Source: a virus. From it: a DNA stretch of 64,000 nt. The position numbers and the translations under genes were made by a program. Positions 64,000-64,000 of this stretch are shown here, in pieces. The notes under the pieces are model-generated. The model made no database searches. It had not been told where the DNA came from and saw only the letters and a list, made by a program, of their open reading frames with translations. Every line of letters starts with the position of its first letter. The first letter of the stretch is position 1. The stretch lies in IMG/VR virus record IMGVR_UViG_3300037466_003065, positions 32,001-96,000 of that record. One strand, given 5' to 3'.

Positions 64000-64000
64000 C

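Noticed and set aside
1-64000. tRNA/rRNA genes, integrase or att sites, stop-codon recoding
   Set aside because: No cloverleaf/T-loop context found by eye; no recombinase gene or host-prophage junction; conserved genes are intact under the standard code.

Overview
This window is a 64-kb internal segment of a large, GC-rich (roughly 65% by eye), tightly packed dsDNA bacteriophage genome using the standard genetic code. The host is probably a planctomycete (Phycisphaerae/Tepidisphaerales-like); this is an inference from a FliA-type sigma factor, an RdgC-like protein and 'TTQP/STQP' motifs after signal peptides. Layout: (1) 1-10 kb, + strand, large virion-type proteins and a subtilisin; (2) 10-25.8 kb, - strand, sigma-28, thyX, RdgC-like, RecD2, metallophosphoesterase, class II RNR, dCMP deaminase and lipoproteins; (3) a divergent control region at 25.84-26.40 kb with sigma-70-like promoters, TAATC-N7-GATTA operators and an 18-bp palindromic repeat array; (4) 26.4-51.7 kb, + strand, replication/recombination operon (wHTH protein, RecA, DnaB, DnaG, SSB, RuvC, RecB-like, Rad52-like) containing glycosyltransferases, methyltransferases and a DnaE split into two genes without inteins; (5) 51.8-63.1 kb, + strand, tail/fibre-like proteins, a trypsin-like protease and a permuted papain-like amidase; (6) small - strand genes at the right end. 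No tRNA, rRNA, CRISPR array or integrase was seen. All family calls come from reading motifs by eye; no database search was run. Many long GC-rich ORFs in the supplied track are shadow frames, and several starts were trimmed.
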